A stretch of 64,000 nucleotides of DNA from Lama glama (Eukaryota), in assembly GCA_028534125.1 (NCBI GenBank), contig CM052817.1, positions 95,482,001-95,546,000 on the forward strand. Direction: 5' to 3'. The notes beneath the pieces were generated by a model that saw only the letters and a program-made list of their open reading frames with translations, ran no database searches and had not been told where the DNA came from. Shown here in pieces: positions 25,051-38,581 of the stretch (positions within the stretch are counted from its first letter, which is position 1; each line of letters opens with the position of its first letter). A program made the translations under genes and the position numbers.

Positions 25051-25989
25051 TAGAAGTGGACAGTGCACGTTAGAAGACAGGATGTGAGTCCCAGGCTAGA
25101 CGTATAATCACTCTTCACTTGTATATGAGGTTATAATTTAAAAAATTATGACAAAGCCAGAGTGTGCAGTTACAGTTTTAAGTATAATTCTTCAACCACT
25201 GGATGTCAAAAACGAGATGCGAGGTGATGGACTAGCTTGCTGAAGGCTTGACTGGAGCCATTTGGAAGTGATGGCAAATCCATTCTGGAAGGAACCATCC
25301 TTAAGATTATGGAGCAGCTAATGACTTGATTATCTATATCAGAATTTGAGCAAGAGAGGAAAGGCTTCTGGTGTGATGACTTCCCTTCCCATGGTGCTCG
25401 TTGGGTGCTATCTTCAGTAAGGAAAAAAGGAAAATTCCATAGTAAATGATGCAGTAGTACTGAGGCAGCACTTTATCCACAGGAGGACACTATGTGATTA
25501 AAGAATAAGCTGTAATCACTATAGTGAGAACAAGGACAACGTGTCTTACCGTCAGCTCTGGGCACGTTGTATTGTCCACGCGGGCGCCAGCCCTCAGCTC
25601 GTAGGGCCTGCTGAATCAGGCAGCTTTGACAGAGGGCTGGGGCTTGGTTTCATTTGCTGGCACTGAGCCCTCGGGGAAACCTGCATAGCATTGCCCTTCT
25701 CGTCCTAGTGACCCTCTCACGGTTCCTCCGTGTTGCTTCCGAAGATCATTCGAGCAATCCTAAGCCAAAATAAATCTCTGAGACAAAAAATCTGACCTTG
25801 CCTCCGTGTCTTATTTCTGCTTTGCACTTAGTAATCCTCGTCAGTTACCTTAGTATATTTCTGGGATCGACTTTGACACAGTGATGTCTCATTTTGTCCA
25901 TATACTGTAAGAATTAACTACCAGAGTCCCCATGAGAATGCTTTCTATCATTTTAAGTAAAAAAATTCTGGTTTTTCCCTTTTCTGTAG

Positions 25990-26277
25990 GTAATTCGCAT
26001 TTCTGCCAGAAGCGGAGAGGGGATCACTGACATGTGGGATAAGATGAAAGAGTTCCAGGACGTAATGCTTGCCAGTGGGGAGCTGACTGCCAAACGACAG
26101 AGGCAGCAGAAAGTTTGGATGTGGAACCTCATTCAGGAAAATGTGTTAGAACATTTCAGGACCCATCCCACAGTCCGGGAGCAGATTCCTCTTCTGGAAG
26201 AAAGGGTTCTCAGTGGATCCCTGTCCCCAGGACTAGCAGCAGACTTGTTGTTGAAAGCCTTTAAAAGCAGAGACTAG
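25990..26277 (+). CDS. MMAA: MMAA exon 7 coding part to stop codon
   Basis: tttctgtag|GTA acceptor, [23 protein letters not shown]...[18 protein letters not shown]. 288 nt. The six coding exons sum to 1263 nt = 420 aa plus stop. Confidence 0.97.
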   Translation, partial: VIRISARSGEGITDMWDKMKEFQDVMLASGELTAKRQRQQKVWMWNLIQENVLEHFRTHPTVREQIPLLEERVLSGSLSPGLAADLLLKAFKSRD

Positions 26278-27109
26278 GAAATGCACCCTACACAATGGTT
26301 TTATGTATCATTTCATAAAGTATCTTAATATTGAAAGTCACTTGTGTGCTTCTATTTCCAGTAATTCACTTGTTGTGCCCTCGGCCTCCTTGTTTGTGAA
26401 CTGTGCCCAGAAAGTCGAAGAATGATAGCTATGGATGGGAAAGGTCAGGCAGTCAGCAGTATTCACAAGATACCTGTTGCGTGTTACTCATCTCCATGTC
26501 TTTCTATTCTTAACTCCCTAGCATAGTGGCCTGTAGGATACTTTCTTCTTGTCAGTCGAGCAGAGAAAGCTGAGGAGGACAGAAAAAGATCATGGACCTA
26601 AAATGCTTGCTTTGATCCTCTGTTCTCTGCGTTTCCAGAGAAAGTATAAGCAAGAGTGACCACGTTTTTTAAATCTTACTTGAGGCTGGAATAATACACA
26701 CTGTGTCTGTGTCTAAGAGCCAAAAATCATGATTGACATGTAGTGTGCCAGACTGTTCTAGGAATCTGTGAAATGGCCATGTATGTGAGTAACAAGATGG
26801 TTGGAATGTGTAGAGATGTGAACATAGTTTTAAAGCCTACTTGTCTAGATTGGCAGACACCCCCAACGATGCGCAGGAGAGCCCAAAGGGAACCAGGAAA
26901 TCAGCCACAAGTAACATGGTCCATTAATCCCCAGGGTTGGAGTAAGCCCCGAAAAGATCCAAGTGAGGTCAGAACAACTGAAGGATTATTCCGTTTGAAC
27001 ATTATCAAAGGTTTTTGCTTCTCTTCCTCCTTGGCTATTTGACTTCACGTTAGCATCTTAAAAATCTGCTTTATTCTTGGTGGTGAGGAATAAGTTTTGT
27101 CCTCTGGAG

Positions 27110-27350
27110 GAAGCGTGGTGCGGCGATGAAGAGCTTGGGTTCTGGAGTTGCGACTGGTGGGTTTGAACTTTCAGCCTTGATCAATCACTTACTGGCTGCA
27201 TGAGTTCAGACAGATAATTTACCTTTGTAAGTTTTAGCTTCCTCCCGGGTAAAATGGAACTGACATACTAACTTTATAGGGTTGGTCAGGATAAATGAGA
27301 GAACGCAGGACAGTCATTTTGCTGTCGTGATGGTACATGGGAAATACTCA
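27110..27350 (+). mobile_element. MIR SINE within the putative MMAA 3' UTR
   Basis: cacttactggctgcatgagttcagacagataatttacct...ttcctcccgggtaaaatgg...aggataaatgaga. Confidence 0.65.
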
Positions 27351-27555
27351 AAGTCTGCCTGCTACTGTTATTACGTTAAAGTTCTGAGTACGTGAAGCTG
27401 TACAAACCTTATAAAAGGTTCAGTGTTCTCCCATGGTCTTATTACTGCCATCAGGCCCTTGTGATATTTTATGGTTGTCTTTAAAGCACCTGCTCTGATT
27501 AATTCTTTGACTCTATCTTATACTATTTGATGGTAGTTATAACTATGTAGGTTTG

Positions 27556-27561
27556 AATAAA
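27556..27561 (+). terminator. Candidate MMAA polyadenylation signal (AATAAA)
   Basis: First canonical AATAAA I found after the stop codon, about 1.3 kb downstream. No expression evidence. Confidence 0.4.
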
Positions 27562-28319
27562 ATGGTTTCTAACATAAAATTTCTCCATTGCAGAAAAGTC
27601 ATTCTGGAAATTTCAAACATGTTGTATTCTGAGAATATTTTACAGTGTGACAGCTTTCATTGTTACCTTCCTATCTAGAATCAAATTTCTTGGTTATTAT
27701 TTTAGCAAATATTCCTTTATGTTTTTTTAAAGGACTGTGTTACTGGTATACCTACCTCACACTTGAGGATTAGGAACAACTTTGGAAGGTCATCCAGTCA
27801 ATTCACCTGATTTCAAAAAGGTCCATCATTAAACAAACCATTCTATCAGATGAAAACCTGTTTAGAATATTCCAGAGGAGGCATTCCATAATTTCCCTTA
27901 GTAAGCTATCACCGGGAGTACCAGACCTTTCCTTTGTGGTGCAGAGGAAGCAGCCATGGAGGGCACACACACTGCATTATAAAGCAGGTAGAGAAAGGGT
28001 GGCATTTGTTAGCCCTGAACTTTTCTACGCATTTCTTCTCGGTCTGAACTGCTTTTCAGTGTTAGCAGTACAGTCATAAAAGCACTAGAAAACCTCCCTT
28101 GTGCTCCATACATTGTTGTTGTACCACTGACTACGATACAGAGACCAGTTCCCAGGGTATTGTTCACCTTTATTTCTGTTATTTGCTACACTGGAAGCTG
28201 TATAATAGAGTAAAATATTTGTGGCCTTTAAAAAATATTCATACACCCTTTTGTTAAGCTCAGAAATGCCATCCTCCTTCTCACCTGTGATTCTACCATG
28301 CTAGACCCCGACCTGGTCA

Positions 28320-28780
28320 AAGCTTAGATTTTGATTTTGATACCCAAAGGGTCAAGTCTCAGCTCTGTCACTAACTAGCCACATGATTTGGAGCAAGTTA
28401 CGTCTCCGCCGTATGAACTAGTTTCCTCATCTATAAAATTAGGGTAAGAATAGCTATTTTACAGGGTTGTTGGAATAATTAAATGAGATATTTATTTAAA
28501 TTGCTTAGTACTCAATAATTGGTAGGTACTGTCAGAAATGGTACAGTAGACGCTTTTTGTTCTACAAAACAGATTAGCATCATTTAATTTTAGCTTGGCC
28601 AAACTACATAATGTAGTGTGTGCCTCAGTTTCCTCATGATTAAATGGGATTGACGGTAGCGTTCACCCAGAGTGGTTAAAAGAACTGTGTTAGTTAATGT
28701 ACGTACACTACCTGGACGTAGTGCTATATCAATATTTAACAATAGATAATTGCTACCTCTTAGGGTTGTTGTAAGGATTA
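28320..28780 (+). mobile_element. Cluster of MIR fragments
   Basis: gtttcctcatctataaaattaggg, tgcctcagtttcctcatg and tagggttgttgtaaggattaaat MIR cores. Confidence 0.65.
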
Positions 28781-30228
28781 AATTAGTTCCTCTCCCTCTG
28801 TCTTAAAAGAATAACTCTTTTCTGGAAAAAAGAAATTGGCTTTGCTTTTGTCAAAAGCATAATTACTATTAATTTCTGTAGGTGGGTAAAAATGTGCTGT
28901 GTTCCAAACTGAGCTCCACAGTTGACAGATATTTTGCTAAAACAATACCAAATTTCATTAGAATGACTGCACTTTCTTGTACCGGTACAGCTGCAGTTAA
29001 CATTAGCTCTCACAACACGACCTAGTGAGGAATTGTCTCTTCATCATCTCTAAGATGGCCATTTACCTCTTTCCCTCAGCTCTTGTAGCTATTATCCAGT
29101 AGACACTGAAGACGAAAGCTAATGAGCAACCTACCTGTGATCCTCAGTGTTTATGTAATTCAGTCTCTGATGCAGAAAAAATAAAAGATAAAAACCTGTT
29201 GGTGAATCAGTGAAAACGATTCTGACATTGCACTCACCCAGCAGCTTGCCATCATAGAAGTCATGATGCTTCTGCTAAAAACTGGTAAACTACAAGGACT
29301 TGGAGAAGAGAGGCAGTTCCTGTGATTATACATCCGTGCAGAGGCTGGAGCTTCACTGCTCCTGGAGCCTGAGAAATCACATGGGGTCCAGAGACACAAA
29401 TGCTTCCAAACCAGGCTTCAGGAGACTCCTCGTAAAGTTGAATTCTCCTCTTCTAAGGGGTACATCTTGGGGTACCACTGTGACTCACCTAGTGTTAGGA
29501 TGCTCGCTGAACGTTAGCATCGTTACTCAGACTAAGAAAATGATGAGCAAGTCGAAATTTCCTTGAAAAAGAATCATCAGAATGAGACTTTAGCCTATTT
29601 GGTTTTCTTTCCTTCATCACAGTATTCTGGTTTGTCGGCTGCTAAATTTATAAACTTTTTTTTAACCACTCAACATGAATATTCGGTGATAATTCCTGCC
29701 CCGTGAGGTTTATATAAATTTACTTTTCCTGTCACTAGTGGTATGTTTAATAACAAAATATTCGAGTGGTACAAAAGCACAAGATATTAGATGCTTTTTT
29801 TTCCAGAAAAATTCAACTTTGTAATGTAAAATGTAGATGATGCTAATGTGAGTCAAAGTACATTAATATTTATCTGAAATTTTGATACCTAGTGGTAACC
29901 TTGGGGCAATTGATTTTGCTTAGCTCCCACAGCTTCCTGACGGAATGAGGTGGGGCACGTGTGAGTCAGTAAACGATTCTACTCTCAGCGAGTGTAAATG
30001 CTTCATCTCAATTCAGCTTGCTTTTAACTAACGCAGAGGAAAATCATGCAACCTCATCACCAAAGCAGTGTAACATCCACCTGGCCAATTTGATTGTCTG
30101 ATTAGAATTCTACAAAGAGATAGACACCTTAAGATGACAGTAAAGCTATTTATTGGGCTCATATTTAGATGCCAGATCTTATTACTTAAAGAACCCAACT
30201 ATTCAAAGATCAACACTCTCTTCTTATG

Positions 30229-30234
30229 AATAAA
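30229..30234 (+). terminator. Candidate distal MMAA polyadenylation signal (AATAAA)
   Basis: AATAAA about 4 kb after the stop codon, compatible with the long 3' UTR recalled for human MMAA. Confidence 0.35.
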
Positions 30235-31262
30235 ATTGCATTAGCTTTTACACCCAAATTTTGTGAACTCAGGATTCCATCACATCTTGTGGGACCTCAG
30301 TCCCCTGATAAGTCCTCTCCTCACGTATTTCTGGAAGTCCCAGGTTCCTCACCGATTCACAAACGAGCTCAACTCCTGGGTGCAGCTCACTCCTTCCGGG
30401 CTTCCAGTAGCTCCACTATTTCAGCTGCTGCTATTCCTGTAGGAGAACCCACCGTGCTTAGACGGTCCCAGACCGGGTAACTTTTGCGTTGCCGAAATAG
30501 TGCTGTGTTCCCAGAGCACAGGATTGTTGCCTGTCTCCTCTCACGGCTGGTCCATCGGGCTAGGGTCAGGACCAAGTCCCGCAGCATCTCTCCCTGAGCT
30601 CGGCTCTCCTATCTCTCCCCCAGCCCCCATGCCTAAGCCCACAACCTCTGCAGAAAGCTTCCCCACCACAAGCCCCCTTTCCAAAGTGTCGCTCAACTCC
30701 TGCAAAGACGCCTAGGGAGTTGGCAGTCTCTCCTTGTCTGGCAGCCTCATCTTCAGTTGAGTCGTCCTCTCCCAGCTTCGCATATATATGATTGCTGATT
30801 CTGTCAACAGTCCCTTAAAAGTATTATGACCCCTATTTTACAGAAAAAGAAATTGAGCAATAGGAATATTAAGAAATTTATCTAAATTCACCATCCCTAA
30901 ATGTGAGACATATTTACATACATTAAATTTTAAAACTATTTTCCAAGTTGCTCAAAGTACTTTATTGAACGTCATTTCCTACTCTCTGTAAGATAGTTTG
31001 GTGACAGATATTATCTTTATTTCTGGGTGTCTCTGTGGTATAGAATGCGTAAAGGGTTTGTATATAATTTAGGTGGTAGAATCCTGCTCAATATCAGTTA
31101 TATTTAAGGCCTTTCTTCTCTGTAAACCCGATATCTTGGATTTGCTTTTTTGGAGAATGGTGCCTCAAGGTATTTTTTTCCCAGTCGACTTTTCTGCTTA
31201 TGGTTAAAGAGAATATTTTAGACATTGAAAACCAAGCCCAAACAAAACTAAATATCAGCTTC

Positions 31263-31690
31263 TATATCAGCCAGGTCCCTTGTCTAGAAATGACAGAAAC
31301 CTACCAGCTTGGGTAAAAAGAGGAATGTATTGGCTTATCTAATCACTCAGAGAGAAACACAGGGACACCAAGCTCCAGGGACACAAGTGATGCTGGGCTT
31401 CTCCATCTCTTCCTCTCTGTGTGTTGACGTCGTTCTCCCAGCTTCCTGCAAGAAGCTGGAGAAATGGCAATGAGCAGCGCTCAGGTCCAGGGGAAGGACT
31501 TCCCCTAGCTCCCAAGATCCGATTCTGAGAGCCTTGGGGAAGCGCTCATAGGTCCGTCTCCATGGCCAGTTGTGTGAGGTATTGTGATTGCCTGGAAACA
31601 TTTGGAGCTGGGGAAGACAGGTTCTCCAAGAATTGTCAGTCACAGAATAAAGTAGGATGCTAGGCAGATGAAAATAATATCTACTAAACA
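31263..31690 (-). mobile_element. Old MaLR LTR (MLT1J/K-like)
   Basis: aaatgacagaaaccta...aaaagaggaatgtattggctta...ggatgctaggcagatgaaaa. Confidence 0.5.
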
Positions 31691-32334
31691 CGTTTTAACC
31701 TGTTTTGGAGTAAGATGAGATGTAAATAAATAAGCACTGTGGATGTATTATTATAAAATATGATCTTCATGAAAAGGTTTAATTACTTAATTACTGGTAA
31801 TATACCATCAGAACACACAAGTGAAGTTCATATCGCCAGCTGTCACTTGTCTTCAAACTTGTGTGAGTATTGTACCACTCTTATTTATTGAAAATATCTT
31901 TCCCTAATCCAGTTTTCCAAGTAGAACATTTTTCCTCCCCACTCCCCTAAGTTATTTTTACCCTTCCTTATGGTGAAGGTGCAGCCAAAAACAGGAAAAG
32001 ATCAAGAGCCTAAAAAGGAGTAGTTAAAGTATGGTATCTCTTAGGTATTATTTCCTGTTTATGTCTAGCTGATTCATGGGATGTCTTAGAGTTATTTTAA
32101 CCTAACCACCCTTTTATACATAAAAAGAAGAAGAAGAAGAGGGAAAGAGAGGGCTGGGAGAGGAGGAGGAGAAGCTGTGACCTTAACAGGCAATACGTTT
32201 TAGACGGAGGTCTTTTGATTGCGTGGTTGACCTACTCAAGACAACGCAAGAGAAGATAGACTTATTTTAAATATGGAGACCTGATGAAAATCCAAAGACA
32301 GGAATCAGAGCTCAGCCTTCAAGAATGGAGGCAA

Positions 32335-33568
32335 CAAGGACTTCCATTTTCAACTCTGACGCGTAAAGAACTTGGGAATCTTTACTCCATCCTTACAAGT
32401 TAGAAAAAGCCAGTCAGATTGAAAATCGGTGACTTTCTTGGATCTATAGAGAAACTACCAGCCCAAAATCTGGCTAGATGATGCATCCAGAGAATCACAG
32501 TCAAGGTCTGCTTACCTGGAGCAGAGACCTTTGGAGCCATAGACTGGTAGGAACACTGAAGTGGTTAATGTGAAGAATTGCTGAAGTCCAAGTGTGAACT
32601 AATAAGAGAGGGAGAAACTCTGGAGGACTGCATTCTTACTGGAGCCCCCACACTTCCATGGACTTTTACCTCCAGGAACCATGTAGTGACAATGAAGACC
32701 CAAGAAAAGTCCCCTCCCGGCTCCAGCAGGAACAGGGGAAGAGCAAGCACATGTCATACTCCAGAGCCTCCTTCAGAAGACCTGCTCTCCAGGAGAAAAG
32801 ACTTTGCGAGAGCTTAGCCCAGCTGGGGCAGGGGCACTCCTCCCACTCCATCCCCCCAGTGCTTTTCTCCTCACCTAAAGTGAGGAGGGGAACAGAGTCA
32901 ACAGGGGTCCAGGTTTCAAGGAAAGACATGGGAAACCCTTTAGCCAGTGAACGTAGGGGTGGGGGAAGCTACACTCCTGGAGAAAACACTTGTGAAGATC
33001 AAAGCCCAGGGACACAGGACCACTTAAAAGACTGATATTTAATCATAAGATTATAAAATGCTCCCTCCCCAACATATTCCTGCCCCAGGACAGGGCTCCC
33101 ACGACATGAGATTACAGTTGAAAGAGCCACAAGACACAGACTTCTTTGAGAAGGACCATCCAGGGAACCTAAAGTCAAGGAGGGAGACAAAAGCAAGAAC
33201 ACTAGAGGAATTTGAAGTCTCTGGCACTTACAGCTACAGCCAGCATTACATGTATGTCAACCCTTAGACAGGTTAGTATTCATCCCCACTCAAGGCCTTT
33301 GCCTCACTCCCTGTTACTCGATACGTCATGTCCGGATTTCAACAAAAAATTACAAGGGAGGCCAAAAGGCAAGAAAAAACATAGTCTTAACAGACAAAGC
33401 AATCACCAGAACCAGACTCAGAGATGCACAGATGAAGTTATCAAACAAGGAATTTAAAATAACTAAGATTAAAGTACTCTAATGGAAAAAATAGACACCA
33501 TGCAAGAACAGATGGTAATGTTAAGTGGAGAGATGGGAACTCTCAAACAATCAAGAGGAAAGGCTAGA

Positions 33569-33633
<65 letters not shown>

Positions 33634-34005
33634 CACTAACAGAAATGAAGAAAGCCTTCAGCGGGCTCATCAGTAGACTTGGCACAGCCAAGAGAAGAGA
33701 TCAGTGAACTTGGAAATATGCCATTAGAAACGTCACAAACTGAAACTCAAGAGAAAAAAGAATGAAGACATAGAAGAGGACATCCAAGGACTATGGAACA
33801 ATTTCAAGAGATAAAACATACAAGTCGTTGGAATTAGTTCAAGTAATAATGCCTGAGAACTGTCCAAAATTAATGACAAAATCCAAACCACATATCCAGG
33901 AAGCTTGGAGAACACCAAACAAGAGAAATGCCAAAGACAAAAAGAAAAACTCACATGTTGCCATATCATATTCAAACTGCAGGAAACCAAAGACAAAAAG
34001 AACAT
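32335..34005 (+). mobile_element. Ancient L1 5' UTR plus ORF1 remnant
   Basis: A-rich degenerate ORF1 (aacactaacagaaatgaagaaagccttcagcgggctcatcagtagact...catatcatattcaaactgcaggaaaccaaagac). The 5' part resembles 58750-59030. Confidence 0.8.
33569..33628 (+). repeat. Perfect (AAT)20 microsatellite
   Basis: 20 uninterrupted AAT units, which explain the poly-N and poly-I ORFs in the track. Confidence 0.97.
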
Positions 34006-34639
34006 AGGCAACTCTCTCACATGAACCAGAAAGATCAGTCAGGACCCTTGTGCCCTTTTCTGCGCCCTTCTAGACTTTAACCTTCGTCATTGTTGTTTCA
34101 TGCAGACCAACAAGGGCCTTCTAGCTCCAATTTTATCTCATTATTTTACAGCCCTAGTTCTTCCTTGGTTCCTTGGTGCCCAATTTCAAATTCTTGATAG
34201 AATTATGATTGGCCTGTTCATCTTTTGAAGGCAGTAGAAGTCCCTGAGGGAACTCCGTGGGTGGGTTGCCCAGAATCAGTTGCCCACATCAGTCTGTGTT
34301 TCAGGGGGTGGGTTAAAATATTAATATGATTCCTTCTTACTCAGCTAGAACCATTTGTAAGGCACTGTTTTCTTGGCGCACGTGGGTGGGTTGGCAGTGA
34401 CGTATACACTTCCACTACAGAACAAATTATTAGGTAGATAATGGAGTTTCAGAGGGGTGAAGTGATTTGCTAAGCAGCCACTGTGACTCAGACTCAAACC
34501 TACTTCTTCTAACTCTTTACTCAGTGATCTATTACATGGATTAGAAACCAAGAGTTAAGAAAAATATGTTGTCCATTGACTGTAATCTTTTAAATTATTC
34601 TGGCTCTTCTTTAGAATGTTATCAGCCTTTTAAAAAAAT

Positions 34640-34755
34640 ATTTATTTGTTTGTTTAAATTGAAGTACGGTCAGTTACAATGTGCCAACCTCTGGTGCACA
34701 GCACAATATCCCAGTCATGCATATGCATGTATGTATTTGTTTACATTTTTTTCAA
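34640..34755 (-). mobile_element. Very short L1 3'-end insertion
   Basis: tttaaattgaagtacggtcagttacaatgtg...tctggtgcacagcac is the reverse complement of the L1 3' terminus seen near 1470-1520 and 20050-20100. Confidence 0.75.
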
Positions 34756-35021
34756 GTCTTTTTAATTCAAGAAATGTCATTATTTACTAGAGATCTGCTC
34801 TACATACTACATCTTTATTTACGATAAAAATTTAAGAAGTCACGCCACCTTTTTTTAAAACCGATGTTTAGAACCAATGATGTTACCGGTTCCAGAAACC
34901 TTCTTCCCACTAGCCCCAGTCACCTGGGGCCCTTGGAACAGAAGAGGACGCACACCATTTTACTCCGTGAATCTCAGAACATTTTATTGCCCGTGTGGTA
35001 TCCATCACACGCCATCACTGT

Positions 35022-35489
35022 TGTTACGGTTTGAATCATGTCCTCCTAAAAAGATAGTTGCGGAAGTTGAAGCCCTAACCCCCAGTATCTCACTGTGGGG
35101 CCTTATTTGGAAATAAGGTTGTTGCAGATGTGATTAGCCAAGATGAGGTCATGTTGGAGTTGGATGGGCCCCAATCCAATGTGACTGGTGTCCTTATAAG
35201 AAGACAGTCGTGTGGAGACAAAGGCATGCAGGGGGGATGCTGTGTGACGATGGAGGCAGAGATTGGAGTGATGCGGCTGCCGGCCAAAGAATGCCAAAGA
35301 TTGCTGGGAAACCACCAGAAGCCAGAAGAGGCAGGGAAGATTCTCCTACTTGTTTCTGTGGGAGCATGAGCCAAGCTGATCCCTCGATTTCAGACTTACA
35401 GCCTCCAGACCTGTGCAATAACATGTTTCTGTTGTTTCAAGAACCGAGTTTGTGGTACTTTATCAAAGCAGCTCTAGCAAACTAATGTA
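35022..35489 (+). mobile_element. MaLR solo LTR (MLT1C-like)
   Basis: tgttacggtttgaatcatgtcc...gtgacgatggaggcagagattggagtgatgcggc...gcagctctagcaaactaatgta, with TSD ACTGT / ATTGT. Confidence 0.88.
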
Positions 35490-35698
35490 ATTGTCAACCC
35501 CTATCTGAGCCTGATTCAAAGAAGTAAAGTTCTGTAAAGATTTTTATTACACTCCCCCTACCCCTCAAGCGCAAATAAAAATGCAGTCTCTGACCTTCCC
35601 TCGGTACCTCGAAAGCCCATAAAACAAAAGGGACACAAGAGAGTCCTAGGATTTCTCTTGTCAAGTTGCCTTGCTTCTGTTTATATTCTACCACTTCT

Positions 35699-35853
35699 TT
35701 TCTTCTGTTAAAGATTTTATTTTATTTATTTTTGGGGGAGGAGGTAATTAAGTCTCTTTATTTATTTATTTTTAGAGGAGGTACTGGGAATTGAACCCAA
35801 GACCTTGTGCATGCTGAGCATGCGCTCCACCACTTGAGCTACACCCTCCCCGT
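35699..35853 (-). mobile_element. tRNA-Ala-derived SINE (Vic-1 type), copy 3
   Basis: Reverse-complement tRNA head ggaggtactgggaattgaaccc...gagctacaccctcccc. 15-bp TSD TATTCTACCACTTCT (35684-35698) / TATTCCACCATTTCT (35854-35868). Confidence 0.9.
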
Positions 35854-37754
35854 TATTCCACCATTTCTAACATATCTTGGCATTGAATTCAGGGTCAGGC
35901 TTTGACTATCCCAAAGGACCTACATTCTACAGGTCTGGGCAGTAGGGTTCCTGTAAGAGGATGGGGAATTACAGATGCCTTCTCAGGCACCTAGTCACGA
36001 GCAACAGAAACACCATCATAAAATGGTCACTCCGGGCTGTTCTTCCTCAAGGAGCTGATGTGTGATACCCACCAGAGAGTGTGGGAGGAGTGGAGTCTAT
36101 TAAGTGCTGCCCCTATAAAATTCACTCTGCCTCTATTCAGATTTTTATTATGTGCATGAAGCTTCTCTCATCAGGCTCTCTTATCTGGTATTTGCAATAC
36201 GGATTTTTAGATGAAAAGAATTTAGCTGAAAAATTGTTCTAGGTGTCTGTATCTCAGAACCACCACCACTGTGTGGTTTGCTTACTTCCCAACATTTAGA
36301 AAGCGCACCCAACTAAATTTGTATGCTGATTATGCTGCCTTTTTACACAGTTCTCTGCTTAAATAGCTCTTGATTAGTGAACGAATCCTAACCAGGGTAG
36401 CAGGAAAAATGCCATCGGTGTATCATATGTCATTGTATTTGTAGGGAGTAGGTTATATGGCACAAAGTAAGAAGTAGTGTTGACAAGTGGCTCAGAGTGG
36501 GTGCACAGTAAATATTTATTGAATGAATGAGTGAGTGAACAAATTCTGAGCAAAGATCATATATAACCACAGAGACAAAGAGACAAAGCTACGTATTGAA
36601 GAGTCCTTACAAAGAACGGCAAATCAAAGGGCAGGAATATATTGAATGAATCCAATTCTCTGGAGAACTCTAAAATTTCATCTGTCAGGATACTCGTATC
36701 TCCTAGGACAAAATACTATTGAGTATCTCTTAGCTCAAAGCGTAAACCCGGAAATGCAGAAGCAGGCATGTAAATACCTGTGCACATTATAAATCTGCCA
36801 CCGTTCAGATTAAGTGTCCAGAGGAGGTGGAGCTGGAGTAACTTTGATCGTTCTAGGGGAGGCTTTCCCAGGTCTTGTGCACATTCCTTCCTGCGCGTCC
36901 CTAAGCTTGTGGACCCCGAATCAGCACGTAGTGCAACTTATTTAGAGTAAAGGGAGTAGGACTTAGACTCGTATTTGACTAAGCGAACAACAGAGGCAAA
37001 TAAACCCCCTTGGTGAACAGAGAAGGAAGAGTCTGTCAGTTAACTCCCAAAAGGATTTACCTTCTGGTCTTTGCTCGTGAACATCTATGCATTAATTGAT
37101 CATTTTAGCAACTTTATTTTGTGCCTTCCACCACTCCCGCCATGACCCCCGACGGAGGAGTCAGCTTGCTTGAGGCTGTGAGGAGTTCATCTGCCTGTTA
37201 TTTGTTTCAAGCATTTTGGGATTGCAATCCACTAAGATTAATTTCCTTTTTAACAGATAATTTTTTAGAATCCTAATTAGGAAATGGATAATAGCTTCCT
37301 AGAATCTCTCTTTTAAGTTTGGAAAATTTGGGGGGTTGAGAGGGTTTTGCACGTTAAAACTTAATTGACAATATTTGATATATAATTCTTAAACTTAATC
37401 TCAGAATCTTCAAAGCGTTAAATGATGTGTGTAGCAGGATGCTGTATACCTCTTTCCCTATAAACAAGTCGATGGATCTCAGCTTGGCAACACAAAGTAG
37501 TTGTTGTTCATTAAAAAAAAAACAATAAAACCTAAAATTCTCCAGTCTTTTCTGCAGGGCATATTTATTAGTCATTGATTAGAAGCTCCTCTGACTATGA
37601 AAATCATTAATATGCACATTGTTGGGGATGCTTTTGGACTGGGCTAATCAGAAAGGGAGTAGGCGGCAGGTGTGGGACCAAAGGGTGTGTGGGGGCACTG
37701 GGGAGAGGCGGGGGAAGATGACAGATAAGGAGAGTAAAACAAGTTGAAGGTGCA

Positions 37755-37990
37755 GTAGTTTTCATAGTCTGAGTCCAACTCTGCAGACACACTGCCTGAG
37801 TTTCAACCCCACTTCTGCCTCTTCCTAGCAGTGTGACGTTGGGCAGGCCTTCTGTGGACCACTTTCCTCATCTGCAAAATGGGGATAATAAAAGTACCTT
37901 CCTCACAGGGTTGTTGTGAGGGTTAAATGAGTTACTGTATATAAAGGGCTTAGAAAAGTGCCTGGAACATATAAATATTTGCTTCTATCA
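37755..37990 (+). mobile_element. MIR SINE
   Basis: tttcctcatctgcaaaatggggataataaaagtaccttcctcacagggttgttgtgagggttaaatgag. Confidence 0.85.
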
Positions 37991-38527
37991 TCACCAATTA
38001 TTATTATTATATACACGAGACTCTCCCAAAACTCAAGTTACTTAAGCAAGAATAGAACTTTGAAATACCTTTTAGGATATTCTTCCAAATGACTTTTGAT
38101 TATCCTAATAACGTGTTCTATCTAAGACTGAGAGTGTTATCCCAGCAAAATTGCAGCAATGGCTTAGTTTTATGGTAGAGGAAGATGGGCCAGCTCAGCC
38201 TGGGGGTCTGTTCCCCCAAAACTCACCTTGAGTGAATGGAAGCAGTCAGCGAACCTATAGACTGTTTATCTCGGAGGGACTGCTGTGACATCCCCAAAGC
38301 CTCAACCATTATTACTGCTCCTTTTTCATTTACAATTATTATGAGTTTTTTTATTTGTTTGTTTCTTTGAAAAGTGTGGGACACAGTTCATGGATCACTG
38401 CCTTGTGAGTACCCATTCAGACAGGGTTTCCTTGGAAAAACAACGCTCATTGACTCAAGTTCCTCATTTTGGGGTCCACTATATACCTGCTCTTTTTCTA
38501 CTTCCCTATTCCTTATTCCCCACTAAT

Positions 38528-38581
38528 CACACACACACAGACACAGACAGAGACACACACACACATACACACACACACACA
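38528..38581 (+). repeat. Imperfect (CA)n microsatellite
   Basis: cacacacacacagacacagacagagacacacacacacatacacacacacacac. Confidence 0.9.

Noticed and set aside
30240..30780. C-rich, mildly CpG-enriched block downstream of MMAA as a separate gene or ncRNA
   Set aside because: No splice or ORF support. It is probably a decayed LTR or other repeat that I cannot name.
33482..33707. Poly-Asn and poly-Ile ORFs
   Set aside because: Translations of the (AAT)20 microsatellite within a decayed L1 ORF1.
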